From contig CM059432.1 of NCBI GenBank assembly GCA_030390025.1, positions 59,336,001 through 59,400,000 on the forward strand: 64,000 nucleotides of DNA. Reading direction: 5' to 3'. Each line of letters begins with the position of its first letter. Position 1 is the stretch's first letter. This stretch comes from Squalus acanthias. Its lineage: Eukaryota. Below, piece after piece: positions 39,265-51,542 of the stretch. Under the pieces are notes generated by a model, which saw nothing but the letters and a program-made list of their open reading frames with translations, was not told where the DNA came from and ran no database searches. Position numbers and translations under genes: made by a program.

Positions 39265-41537
39265 ATAATAATATGATAGAATTCTTCATTAGGATGGAGA
39301 GTGAAGTAGTTGAATCAGAGACTAGGGTCCTGAATTTAAATAAAGTAAACTACGATGGTATGAGGCGCGAATTGAGTAGGATTGATTGGGGAATGTCACT
39401 CAAGGGGTTGACGGTGGATAGGCAATGGCAAACATTCAAAGACTGCATGGATGAACTACAGAATTTGTACATCCCAGTGTGGCATAAGAATAAAACAAAA
39501 AGGGTGACTCAACCGTGGCTAACAAGGGAAATTAGGGATAGCATAAGATCCAAGGAGAGGGCATATAAATTGGCCAGAAAAAGCGGTAGCCCTGAGGATT
39601 GGGAGCAGTTTAGGATTCAACAAAGGAATTAATTAAGAAGGGGAAAATAGAATATGAAAGTAAGCTTGCTGGGAACATAAAAACTGACTGTAAGAGCTTT
39701 TATAGATATGTGAAGAGAAAAAGATTAGTGAAATCAAGTGTAGGTCCCTTGCAGTCAGAAGCGGGGGAAGTTATAATGGGGAACAAAGAAATGGCAGCCC
39801 AATTAAATGCATATTTTGGTTCTGTCTTCACAAAGGAGGACACAAATAACCTCCCAGAGATGTTAGAGAACATACGGTCTGATGAAAGGGAGGAACTGAA
39901 AGAAATCAGTATTTGCAGGGAAATGGTGTTCGGGAAATTGACGGTATTGAAGGCCGATAAATCCCCAGGGCCTGATAATCTACATCCTAGGGTACTTAAG
40001 GAAGTGGCCCTAGAAATAGTAGATGCATTGCTGATCATCTTCCAACATTCGATGGAATCTGGAACTGTACCCATGGATTGGAGGGTAGCTAATGTTACCC
40101 CACTATTCAAAAAGGGTGGTAGAGAGAAAGCGGGGAATTACAGACCGGTAAGCCTGACATCGGTAGTGGGGAAAATGCTAGAGTCCATTATAAAGGATGT
40201 AATAGCTGAGCATTTGAAAAACAGTGACAGGATCGGACAAAGTCAACATGGATTTACAAAAGGTAAATCGTGCTTGACTAATCTACTGGAATTTTTTGAG
40301 GATGTAACTGGGAAAATAGATAAGGGAGAACCAGTAGATGTGGTGTATTTGGACTTTCAAAAGGCTTTCGATAAGGTCCCGCATAAGAGATTAGCGTGTA
40401 AAGTTAAGGCACATGGGATTGGGGGCAAGGTATTGACTTGGATAGAGAACTGGTTGGCGGACAGAAAGCAGAGAGTAGGAATTAATGGGTCTTTTTCCGA
40501 GTGGCAAGCAGTGACTAGTGGGGTACCGCAGGGATCGGTCCTTGGACCCCAGCTATTCACAATATACATTAATGATCTAGATAAGGGAATTAAATGTAAT
40601 ATCTCCAAGTTTGCAGATGACACAAAGCTGGGTGGGAGTGTGTGCAGCGAGGAGGATAGCGAGAAACTTCAGGATGATCTGGACAGGTTGGGTGAGTGGG
40701 CAGAAGCGTGGCAGATGCAATATAACGTGGATAAGTGCGAGGTTATCCACTTTGGTGTCAAAAACAGAAAGGCAGACTATTATCTGAATGGCAATAGATT
40801 GGGAGAAGGGGAAGTGCAACGAGACCTGGGTGTCCTTGTGCACCAGTCGCTGAAAGTAAGCATGCAGGTGCAGCAGGCGGTGAAGAAGGCAAATGGTATG
40901 TTGGCCTTCATAGCGAAAGGGTTTGAGTATAGGAACAGGGATGTCCTGCTGCAGTTGTACAGGGCCTTGGTGAGACCACACCTTGAGTACTGTGTGCAGT
41001 TTTGGTTGCCTTATCTGAGGAAGGATGTTCTTGCCATGGAAGGAGTTCAGCGAAGATTCACAAGGCTGATACCTGGGATGGCAGGAATGACATGAGGAGA
41101 GATTGGGTCGATTGGGCTTATACTCACTGGAGAAAAGAAGAATGAGAGGGGATCTCATCGAAACATATAAAATTCTGACAGGTCTGGACAAACTAGATGC
41201 AGGAAGAATGTTCCCGATGGCCGGAGAGTCCAGAACCAGGGGTCATAATCTACGGATAACGGGTAAACCATTTAGGACAGAAATGAGGAAGAATTTCTTC
41301 ACCCAGAGAGTGGTGAACCTGTGGAATTCTCTACCACAGAAGGTAGTTGAAGCGAAGTCATTAAATATATTCAAGGATGAGTTAGATATATTTCTTAAAG
41401 CTAAAGGTATCAAGGGATATGGGGAGAAGGCAGGTACAGGGTACTGAGTTTGGATGATCAGCCATGATCTCATTAAATGGCGGAGCAGGCTCGAGGGGCC
41501 GAATGGCCTACTCCTGCTCCTATCTTCTATGTTTCTA
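39265..41537 (+). mobile_element. Young 5'-truncated CR1 (HER1-like) LINE
   Basis: ORF2 lies in three frames (39273, 39710, 41103). The 3' UTR ends CTCCTATCTTCTATGTTTCT. No endonuclease N-terminus is present. Confidence 0.95.
39710..41095 (+). pseudogene. CR1 ORF2 reverse transcriptase segment, 461 aa without stops, bounded by frameshifts
   Basis: YRPVSLTSVVGK, QHGF, YLDFQKAFDKVPH, GVPQGSVLGP and FADD motifs. Confidence 0.93.
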
Positions 41538-42400
41538 TCTGGCATCTATGTGCCAAATCTAACAAGTTTATGTTCTCTTGAATTCTTTACAGTTAACCAG
41601 GCTCCCTATTTTTGTATCCCCTTGAAAATTTTGTGGGGAGGCAGAGGGGTTAGAGAGGGAATTCTAGAGCATGGAGCCAGGTGGCTGAAGGTATGGCTGC
41701 CAATGGTAGAGGGAAGGGATGGAGGAGTGCACAGGAGTCTGGAGTCAGAGGAATGGCGAGTTCTGGGGATTGGGGCTGGAGGAGGCTACACAGATAGAGA
41801 GGCAAGGCCATAGTGACTTAAACACGAGGATTACAATTTTTAATGTGAGGCATCTAATATTGTACTACTAATTTATCATGGTCAATTTCTATACATTTCT
41901 GCTGCGAACTGGTTGAACAATGCCTATAGCAACAAGCCAATATTCCAGTTTTACCGAAGGTGGGACGAGGGGCAGGTAACCAATCCGCTCGCAGGAGGCG
42001 GGTCTGGCGTTGAAACCTCTTAAGGCGGCTGTGAGCCTCCATTTTAACAGTGCTTCTATTTCTAACCATAGTCGGCTGGGTTTCCCAGTCCTCGGGAAAC
42101 CCGGAAGGTAAAAGGAGGCGAGAAGGGCTACATCCAGAAGGCAAATTCCTTTACAGCACTGCTTGTGGGCCAGGAGGAGCAGGAGTGTTTCCTCCAGGTC
42201 CAACAAGCTTATCTGTAACCCCCACCTCCCACAATAGGACCCCTCGACCACCACAATCTGCCTGTTCCCCCTCCCACCCAGTGATCGGTCCCAACCCCAC
42301 CACCATCTCGCTCCACTACCACCATCTCACTCCCCCGACCACCATCATCCCCCCCCCCCCCCACCCCCGGTCACAGAGCAATCTCTTTTTGCCCCCTCCC

Positions 42401-42679
42401 TGCTGCTCCGCCATGTCCCTCTGCTGCTCCGCTATGTCCCTCTGCTGCTCCGCTATGTCCCTCTGCTGCTCCGCCATGTCCTTCTGCTGCTCCGCCATGT
42501 CCCTCTGCTGCTCCGCTATGTCCCTCTGCTGCTCCGCTATGTCCTTCTGCTGCTCCGCCATGTCCCTCTGCTGCTCCGCCATGTCCTTCTGCTGCTCCGC
42601 TATGTCCCTCTGCTGCTCCGCTATGTCCCTCTGCTGCTCCGCCATGTCCTTCTGCTGCTCCGCTATGTCCTTCTGCTGC
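42401..42679. repeat. 21-bp minisatellite, 13 full units (TGCTGCTCCGCYATGTCCYTC)
   Basis: Read directly; it lies inside a GC-rich MITE-like segment (~41935-42750). Confidence 0.95.
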
Positions 42680-42879
42680 AGGCTTTCCCGCCCAGCAATC
42701 AGGTTGGCTGTCAGGCAGGAAACCTGGAGAAAAAATTTAAAAGACGTCCTGCGTTTCTTTCTCCACAGATGTTGCCTGACCTGTTGAGTGTTTCCAGCAT
42801 TTTCTGTTTCTTTAGGGGAATCTTCAACATGGGCGCACACAAACTACAGCAACAAGATCTGACAAGAGAACTGTTCCCG

Positions 42880-43750
42880 CTGATTGGAAGGTAGCAAATG
42901 TAACCCCACTATTTAAGAAAGGAGGGGAGAGAGAAAGCGGGGAACTACAGACCAGCTAGCCTGACATCAGTAGTAGGGAAAATGCTAGAATCTATTATTA
43001 GAGACGTGGTAACAGGGCACTTGGAAAATAAAAATAGCATTGGGCAGAGTCAACGCCGATTTATGAAAGGGAAATCGTGTTTGACAAATCTATTAGAGTT
43101 TTTTGAGGTTGTAACTAGCAGAATAGATAAGGGGGAACCAGTGGATGTGGTGTATTTGGATTTTCAGAAGGCATTCGATAAGGTGCCACACAAGAGGTGA
43201 TTAAACAAAATTAGGGCTCATGGGATTGGGGGTAATATACTAGCATGGACTGAGGATTGGTTAACGGACAGAAAACAGAGAGTAGGAGTCAACGGGTCAT
43301 TTTCGGGTTGGCAGGCTGTAACTAGTGGGGTACCGCATGGATCAGTGCTTGGGCCTCAGCTATTCACAATCTACATCAATGATTTGGATGAGGGGACAAA
43401 ATGTAATATATCTAAGTTTGCTGATGATACAAAGCTAGGTGGGATTGTAAGTTGTGAGGAGGTTGCAAAGAGGCTTCAAGGGAGATATAGACAGGGTAAG
43501 TGAGTGGGCAAGAACATGGCAAATAGAATATAATGTGAGAAATGTGAAGTTATCCACTTTGGTAGGAAAAATAGAAAAGCAGAGTATTTTTAAATGGTGA
43601 GAGATTGGGAAATGTTGGTGTTCAGAGGGACCTGGATATCCTTGTACACGAATCACTGAAAGTTAATATGCAGGTACAGCAAGCAATTAGGAAAGCAAGT
43701 GGTATGTTGGCCTTTATTACAAAAGGATTGGAGTATAAGAGTAAAGACAT
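42880..43750 (+). mobile_element. Internal CR1 RT fragment
   Basis: MLESIIRDVVTGHLEN...YLDFQKAFDKVPHKR; truncated at both ends. Confidence 0.9.
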
Positions 43751-46700
43751 CTGAAGCAGGCTGCTCAGATCCCTGCTCTGACTGCCGAGATGCTCTTGGC
43801 CGATGATCTCTGGTTGTTGGAGCCCATGAGGGCCCCGCCAAGGACTGCTTCACCTGCACCTGTGCAGGGGCAGACTAGGCAGCATGTCGGGTAGTGGCTG
43901 GGGTGGGGAGTCAATGGGTGAGCACTTTGAGTGGAGTCCCACTTCCATGCCTTCTTTCACCATCATCCCTCTCCTGGGCCAGTGGCACATCACTCTTACC
44001 TCTCTGCTGGGGAGTAGCTTGGTGCAGATCAGTAATACTTTATAAGGCCACAGATAAGATATCTGTCATCCTGTTTAAGGCGGCAGACATGCTGGCATCC
44101 AAAGTCTGCATGGCCGTGGTCATGACCTGCATGGACTGATCTGATAGCGGCGATTAAAGTTCCACGGAGGCGGCCACTCGCTCCAGGGTAGACATTCTCG
44201 CAATGACCTTTGACATCAATCCACAAATGTTCGAGCTGGACGCCTCCATCCTCTCCGCTATTGTCTGCCAGTACCTCGCAAATTTGCTGCTGTCCCTCTA
44301 TGATTCTCCTTTCCATCAATTGCCCCCAGGGTTCAGCTTCTGTCTCCAGTTGAGCAGAGCTTGGAGAGGATTGTGCCCCCCGCCCCCCCACCCCACCCCG
44401 ACACGGACTCTCCACATCTGTCCCTGCCACCAGTATCTGCTCGTGCTCACTTGTGAACTGTAACTCACCAGGTGAAAACTCAACTAGCTGTCTAACAGGA
44501 CCCACCGAAGTGCGAGTATCTCCACTGGTGCCTGCTAATATGTCCTGGGACGGTGCATCCTCAGAAGGAATCAGGTCCTCTGAGGAATCGTCATCAGGAA
44601 AGTCGACGGACTGCTTATAAAGTTGCCAGAAAAAGCGGTCAGCCTGAGGATTGGGATCTTTTTAGAAATCAGCAAAGGGGGACCAAGAAATTGATAAAGA
44701 AAGGGAAAATGGAATATGAGCACAAACTAGCAAAAAATATAAAAATGGATTGTTAAAGCTTCTATAGGTATGTGAAAAGGAAAAGACTGGCGAAGGTAAA
44801 TGTAGGTCCTTTACAGTCAGAGACGGGAGAATTTATAATGGGGAATGAGGAAATGGCAGAGAAATTAAATAAATACTTTGTTTCTGTCTTCACAGAGGAA
44901 GACACAAAAAACCTCCCAGAAATACAAGAAAACCAAGGATGTGGCGAGAATGAGGAACTTAAAGAAATTATTATTAGTAATAAAAACAGTACTAGCAAAA
45001 TTAATGGGACTAAAAGTCGATAAATCTCAAGGACCGGATGACCTACATCCTAGGGTTTTGAAAGAGGTGGCCATTGGGATAGTGGACACATTGGTTGTCA
45101 TCTTCCAAAATTCGATAGATTCTGGAACGGTTCCTGCAGATTGGAGGATAGCAAATGTAACCCCGCTATTTAAGAAAGGAGGGAGAGAGAAAATGGGGAA
45201 CTACAGACCTGTTAGCCTCACATCAGTAGTTGGGAAAATGCTGGAATCTATTATAAAGGATGCAATAACTGGGCACTTAGAAACTAATAGTAAGATTGGG
45301 CAGAGTCAACATGGATTTATGAAAGGGAAATCCTGTTTGACAAACCTATTGGAGTTCTTTGAGGATGTAACTAGTGGAGTAGACAAAGGGGAACCGGTAG
45401 ATGTGGTGTATTTGGATTTTCAGAAGGCCTTCGATAAGGTTCCACACAGGAGGTTGGGGAACAAAATGAGGGCACATGGAATTGGGGGCAATATACTAGC
45501 ATGGATTGAAAATTGGTTAACAGACAGAAAACAAAGAGTAGGGATAAACGGGTCTTTTTCAGGATGGTAGGCTGTGACTAGTGGGGTACCGAAAGGATCG
45601 GTGCTTGGGCCCCAGCTATTCACAATCTATATCAATGATTTGGATGAGGGGACTAAATGTAACATTTCCAAATTTGCTGATGATACAAAGCTAGGTGGCA
45701 GTGTCAGTTGTGAAGAGGGTGTGAAGAGGCTTCAAGGGGATCTCGACAGGCTCAGTGAGTGGGCGAGAACATGGCAGATGGAATATAATGTGGATAAATG
45801 TGAAGTTATCCACTTTGGTAGAAGAAACAGAAAGGCAGAGTATTTCCTAAATGGTGAAAGATTGGGGAATGCAGATGCACAAAGGGACCTGGGTGTCCTT
45901 GTACATGAGTCACTGAAAGTGAATGCGCAGGCGCAGCAAGCCGTTAGGAAGGCAAATGGTATGCTGGCCTTCATTACAAGAGGATTTGAGTACAGGAGTA
46001 AAGAAGTCTTACTCCAATTATATAGGGCCTTGGTGAGACCACACCTGGAGTACTGTGTACAATTTTGGTCTCCTTACCTAAGGAAGGATATACTTGCCAT
46101 AGAGGGAGTGCAACGAAGGTTCACGAGATTGATTCCTGGGATGGCGGTACTGTCATATGAGAAGAGATTGAGTAAACGAGGCCTGTATTCTCTTTAATTC
46201 AGAAGAATGAGAGGGGATCTCATTGAAGCATACAAAATTATTACAGGGCTTGATGGTGATGCTGGGAGAATGTTTCCCTTGGCTGGGGAGTCTAGAACCA
46301 AGGGCCACAGCCTCAGGATAAAGGGTAGGCCATTCAGGACTGAGCTGAGAAGAAATTTCTTCACGCAGAGGGTGGTGAATCTTTGGAATTCCCTACCTCA
46401 GAGGGCTGTGGAGGCTCAGTCATTGGGTATATTCAAAACAGAAGTCGATAGATTTCTGACTAGTAAGGGCATCAAGGGATATGGCGATAGGGCCGGTGAA
46501 TGGAGTTGAGGCAGAAAATCAGCCATGATCTCATTGAATGGCGGAGCAGGCTCGAAGGGCCGAATGGCCTACTCCTGCTCCTATTTCTTTTGTTCTAATA
46601 CTGTTCTACGCGTGAAGGCCCTGGAGGAGAGAAGAAGTGGACATGAATTGGTACTGGCAATGTAACAATGTTGCTACTCAGCATAATTGCTCTGATCATA

Positions 46701-47670
46701 TTTCACTCGGTCCTGAAATCAAGTCAACATGACTGAGTCTTGTATGAAATGTGGGTCAGAGGTATTTTAATTTTATCACCAGGCAGCTTCGAAGTCCCAG
46801 TCGCCTCCCTCTCTGATGGTCAGGGACGCAGAGATGTCACTCATCCCTTGCTCTACAGCGGTCAGCTGCACAATCTGTGGCAGGCCACCTCCAGTCCTCT
46901 CCCTTGTGTATTGCGCTCTCTTCTCCTGCAATAGGGGAAAGAGACCTATGAGTGACTGTAATGGCATGTGTTCGCCCGATGGATGCAGTGCATTCAGTGA
47001 GGGTGACTATCAGGCAGATGCATCATATTGCAGAAGGATGAGGGTGAGTGGGAGTGGTGGATGGATAAATGGGGATGGGAGGAAGTGGATAGAAAGTGAA
47101 CGATGGGTGCTCTTCAAGCTTAAGTGGGTGTGAGGAATGATGTGATGGAGTACGCTTGACAAGACAGCAAGAGGGATGGGGTGCACTACAGGATGTAGGT
47201 GAATCTGCAACTGTACTCACCTTTCCTGATCTGGTTAGGTCATTGAAGCGCTTCCTGCGCTGAATCCAGAACGGGCCAGAATGCTCCTGCTGTTGATCTC
47301 CTCAACCACCTCCAACCATGCCTTCTTGGTAACAGCAGCAGGTCTCTTCCTGTTATTGGGGATGATGATCTCCTTCCAGCTCCTCACTGCACCCAGCTAT
47401 ACATCAAGTGATGCATCATTAAAGCAGGGCACATCCCTTGACTGTCCGAGTCCAGCTATGAACTTCACCATCTCTTACACAAACTCCTAACTCCTGCAAA
47501 TGCCATCTTTAAATTGGCGAGTTCAGATCACGTCATGCGGGTGAGCACTACGCCCGCGCATTGGAGACGTGAAACCCGGAAGTAAAATTATAATTAGGAA
47601 GCCATGTTGTAATTGGACATTCCGACACGCCAAAACATCTTCCGAGTTTCACGCTCACAATCGCCCCCCT
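43750..47670 (-). mobile_element. Harbinger remnant: spliced Myb/SANT-like gene interrupted by CR1
   Basis: Minus strand ~47221-47435 reads PCFNDASLDV...KKAWLEVVEEINSRS...QRRKRFNDLTRSGK|GTGAGT. The next exon begins after TTGCAG near 46926 (EKRAQYTRERTGGG). More decayed coding sequence lies at 44029-44505. Confidence 0.72.
44610..46597 (+). mobile_element. 5'-truncated CR1 LINE with few disablements
   Basis: RT ORFs 44878-45570 and 45574-46197 are separated by one in-frame TAG; typical 3' tail. Confidence 0.95.
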
Positions 47671-48194
47671 CCGAAACAAAATATCACATGATGATATTAT
47701 TACATCCCATGCTAAAACTATGTAGAACAGAACATAATTTTTGTAGCAATCCATTCTCCATTTTGACTCTTCCAGTCTTTAACTCTGCAAATGAACTAAT
47801 GTTAGAATGCCAGATCTACAGTGCCTCTATGGAATATTTTTCAACATGGTGCTGTTATGAGTTTCTCTTGCCTATTCCCATCCTATTCTAAATATGAGTT
47901 ATGATTTAGTTCCATTTCACAAAAATAACAAATCATGCAAAGCCAGCTAATAAGCAGGTAATTACTCACAGATAGAAACAATTTCAATAACTGGATTGTC
48001 TACGGAGTCCTCCACCACCTCACTGTGACACATCTAAAACTCGATTAAAAAGAGCTTCTCTGTGATAGAGGACTCCTTCACCTGCAAAGCCAATGTAAAG
48101 GAGTACATTGCGCTAATGCCTCAATGCACCTCTGATTGAATCAACAAATCCAGTTCCCTTGAAACTAATAAACAAACACTTGTCTCTTCTCATC

Positions 48195-48445
48195 AAAATC
48201 TGTACAGTGCTTCACACTGGAGTTAGCTTCCACATGTACACTGACGACACCCTGCTCCACCTCTCCACCACCGCCTTGATGTTGCCAGACTGCTTGTCCA
48301 ACATCCAGTGTTGGATGAGCTGCAATTTCCTACAGTTAAGCATTAGGAAGACTGAAGTCATTGTCTACAGCCCCCGCCACAAACCTCATACCCTCGCCAC
48401 TGATTCCATTCCCTTCCCCGCTCTTTGTCTCAGGCTGAACTGGAC
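48195..48445 (+). mobile_element. L2-clade LINE RT fragment
   Basis: GVSFHMYTDDTLLHLS...DCLSNIQCWMSCNFLQLSIRKTEVIV resembles the L2 YADDTQLY...NFLQLNxxKTE motif. Confidence 0.7.
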
Positions 48446-48659
48446 ATTGCAGCATGCCTGGAAGGAAACAGAGGAAGAAGTTTGAGGCAAAGAATGCCAT
48501 GGAGATTAGGAGGGGTGACCGAAAGCAATCAAAGTTTTAAGGAGGGCCTTAAGAGGAGGAGAGGGTGATGAAGAAACGGAAATGTAAGTTAATGGCTTTT
48601 CCCGGTGCATAATTATGTTCTTAACTCCAATAAACTCAAATTAATCTATCTTTAGCGAA

Positions 48660-49760
48660 TCATTAGAAACAAGAATAATGCTCGAGGATAGAAAAGTAAT
48701 TGACTTAACACCAGTGTCCAAAGGGGCTTAAGATGACCCAGAAAACTATAGCCCAGTGAGCCCAACATCTGTTACAAGTATTAGACGGCATAGTAAAAGA
48801 AAGGATAAATCAAACACCAAGACAGGCATGGTGTAGATATGGTGCACAAGTGGGAATCAGCTAGGTTTATGGGAATAAAAACTCGGCTAATAAATTTTTG
48901 GAGTTCTTTGAGGAAGTGACTGATTTTGTTGACAACAACAATTCTGCAGATGTTACATAATTAGATTCCAGCAAGGTTTTTGAGCAACTAGGAATGGGCA
49001 ATGAATGCGGCCCTACCAATGTTGCCCACGGCCCAAGAACAAATAGGAAAAAAGGTGCCACTGTGATCAGTGCTGGAGCCATTTGCTGTTCACAATGTTT
49101 ATTAATGAATGACTTAGAGCTGGGGACAAAAACAAAACAAAGTTTGCAATTGACACCAAATTAGAGGGAAACAGGCAAACCAATTACATGTACAGGTTGG
49201 AAAGGTGGGCTGGTAAGTGGCAAATTAAATTAATTATGGATAAATGCAAGGTAAGAACACTAGGGAAAGTAATAAACAATAGGAATATAAACTAAATGGC
49301 TCTACACTACAGGGTAACAGTGACTTCAAAAGTACTTCATTGGCTATAAAACACTTTGGGACGTCCTGAGGTTGTGAAATGCACCATATAAATGCAAGTC
49401 TTTCTTCTTTCTAGGACACAATCCAGGAGAGGGATCTGTAACTAATGATGGATAACTCACTGAAACCAATAGCTCAGGGTACAGGTGCCAGAAGAAAAGC
49501 TAATCAGATCTCAGGATCTATAGCCAGGAGGTATGGAGCACAAATCCCACTAGGTGATAATGAGTCTGTACAAGGCACTGGACTGACCTCACCTGGAATA
49601 CTGTGTACAACTCTGGTCACCATATTACAGCAAGGGTATCCAGGCGTTAGAGGCAGTGCAGGAAAGGGCAACCAATCTGTTAGCTAGTTTAAATCATCCA
49701 AGCTGTGAGGAGAGGTTAAAGAGCCTAGAATTGTATACTCTGGAGAAAAGGTGGCTCACG
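48660..49760 (+). mobile_element. Highly decayed CR1 fragment with short SINE/LINE tails inserted
   Basis: Residual AACTATAGCCCAGTGAGCC, GAGTTCTTTGAGGAAGTGAC and CACCTGGAATACTGTGTACAA blocks. Confidence 0.65.
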
Positions 49761-50762
49761 AGAGGGCTGCCATGCTTTTCATTATGGGGCTAGTAAAAAC
49801 CTCAAGATGCAAAGACTGAATGATAATGGATCTCAGAGGGGACCGATTACCTCTAAAAATGCCCATGTAATACCTACAACATGAAGAAACATTATACAAC
49901 TTTGAATCTTTGGCGTAACCAGGGTCTCTAGCTCTGACATGATACCGCTCCAATTTTCCGGACTGCTGTCAAGTCAGGCACCTCTGATGTACATGTGTGG
50001 GACAACTGGCCCAATTATGGCAATCGTCTTGTCCTGCCATTTGGAACGGGATCTGCATTGCTGGGTATGAGTAGCCAGGAGTCCTGCTCCACCACACTTC
50101 TGCTGGCAGTGCAGGGCTCCTGGAATTTCAGGCCTTTAATGTTTTATAAAATAATAAAATCAACACACTGAAAGCCACGGTATTGAAAAATGCTTTAACA
50201 TTACCGCTGGCGATATTATGGTCTCAATTTCGTAGGACTAAGAAACTAATTAGCTTCCGGTTGTTGTTAATTAGCAAAAGCAAACTCCACAATATTCAGA
50301 AAGATTGGCCACGCTATTTATGGGAAGGCAGGAACGGTGCAGGGGAAAACCCGGCAAGGATGGGGATGCGGAGGTCCTGCCGAATTTAGCAGTAGAAATT
50401 TATCATTTTTGTCTTCCGTTCCCCGCCTGGCAGCTGGCCAAATTGACAGGCTGAGGAGCTGGAAAACCAGTGGTAGGAGGCTGCAGTCAGGGACCCTTGA
50501 GGACAGTCCCCGGTTATCGTGATCGCGGGGCTGGCCGGAGGTCAATTGTGGGGCAGGCCAGAGGATGGGAGCTCGGGGGGTCTGGGGCGGGGAAGGAGCG
50601 CAGGCGAGGTCGACTGTGGGGCAGGTCAGAGATCAAAGGTGGAAGAGGGAGGTTGCCAATCGCTGTAGTTGGGGGGGGGGGGGGGGGGGCCGGGGGCGGG
50701 AAGAGAGAGGCAGCAATTGGCAGAAAGGAGGCCAAGGTTTGCTTAAGCAGTTGAGGGACCAC

Positions 50763-51542
50763 TGCAAGAGGTTTTACCTCAAACTTAATGATTCGGACGT
50801 GACTCCATATTGGCAACATTAGATGTTTTATTGGTGTACAGCCGGCAAAGACTCATATTGACTGACAGTAATTTACAGTTGCGAAGGATATTACCCGGTT
50901 TGGTCACTGGACAGAGTAGTGTGCGATGGCTCCGTTGTTTCTTTAATCCGGTCCGGCGGTTGTCTTACAAGCAGAGAAGAGCGTTAGGCTTTCGCCAGCA
51001 TGGATCCGCTCCTCAATACCAACATACCAGAGAGGCGTTAGGCGCACTTGGCCAGCATGGATCCGCCTCTACAGGTACCTTCGTCCTTCTCTCTAAATCT
51101 GTACATCTCAGGCTAAACAGTCTCCTTTTATCCCTCTTTTCCCAGACCATCTGACTCTTCATATCCAACCGTAGGTGACATCCATAGCTGAGGTAATAGT
51201 TAAGAGAGTTTCAAACATTCGCTCTTCTCGTGAACAGTCCCATATTTGGTTAATCCAAAAGGGTCTCGCTTTCTTATGCTGTCTTTGCATGTTCTATTGT
51301 ATAGCCATTATCTCATCTTGACCCATGACATAGCTTTGCCATAACAGGACGTAGCTGTTAGCTTTAGCCGTTGGCCTTACTACCCACTTCTGCAAAAAGC
51401 TTAGTTGAACCTTGCACAGGCTGATAACCACCAACAGTAATGTCTCTTTAGCAGTAAGGGGAATTTTACAAGAAAAAAGGAATATTCATAAAGCAAGATA
51501 CATTTTATAATCATAAAGCTTAATACATTTTATAATCTCACA
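50763..51542 (-). mobile_element. Solo LTR (780 bp) inserted in a GC-rich MITE
   Basis: TG...CA termini and 4-bp TSD CCAC (50759-50762, 51543-51546). Minus-strand AATAAA at 50827-50832, GATAAAA at 51126-51132 and internal direct repeats. Confidence 0.75.

Noticed and set aside
39710..41095. 461-aa RT ORF as a functional gene, retron or other novel RT system
   Set aside because: It is an ordinary CR1 ORF2 piece: 5'-truncated, frameshifted on both sides, with several paralogous copies in the window.
42050..42840. 245-aa Cys-rich and 174-aa coiled-coil ORFs as host genes
   Set aside because: Both stay open only because of a stop-free 21-bp repeat within transposon-derived sequence.
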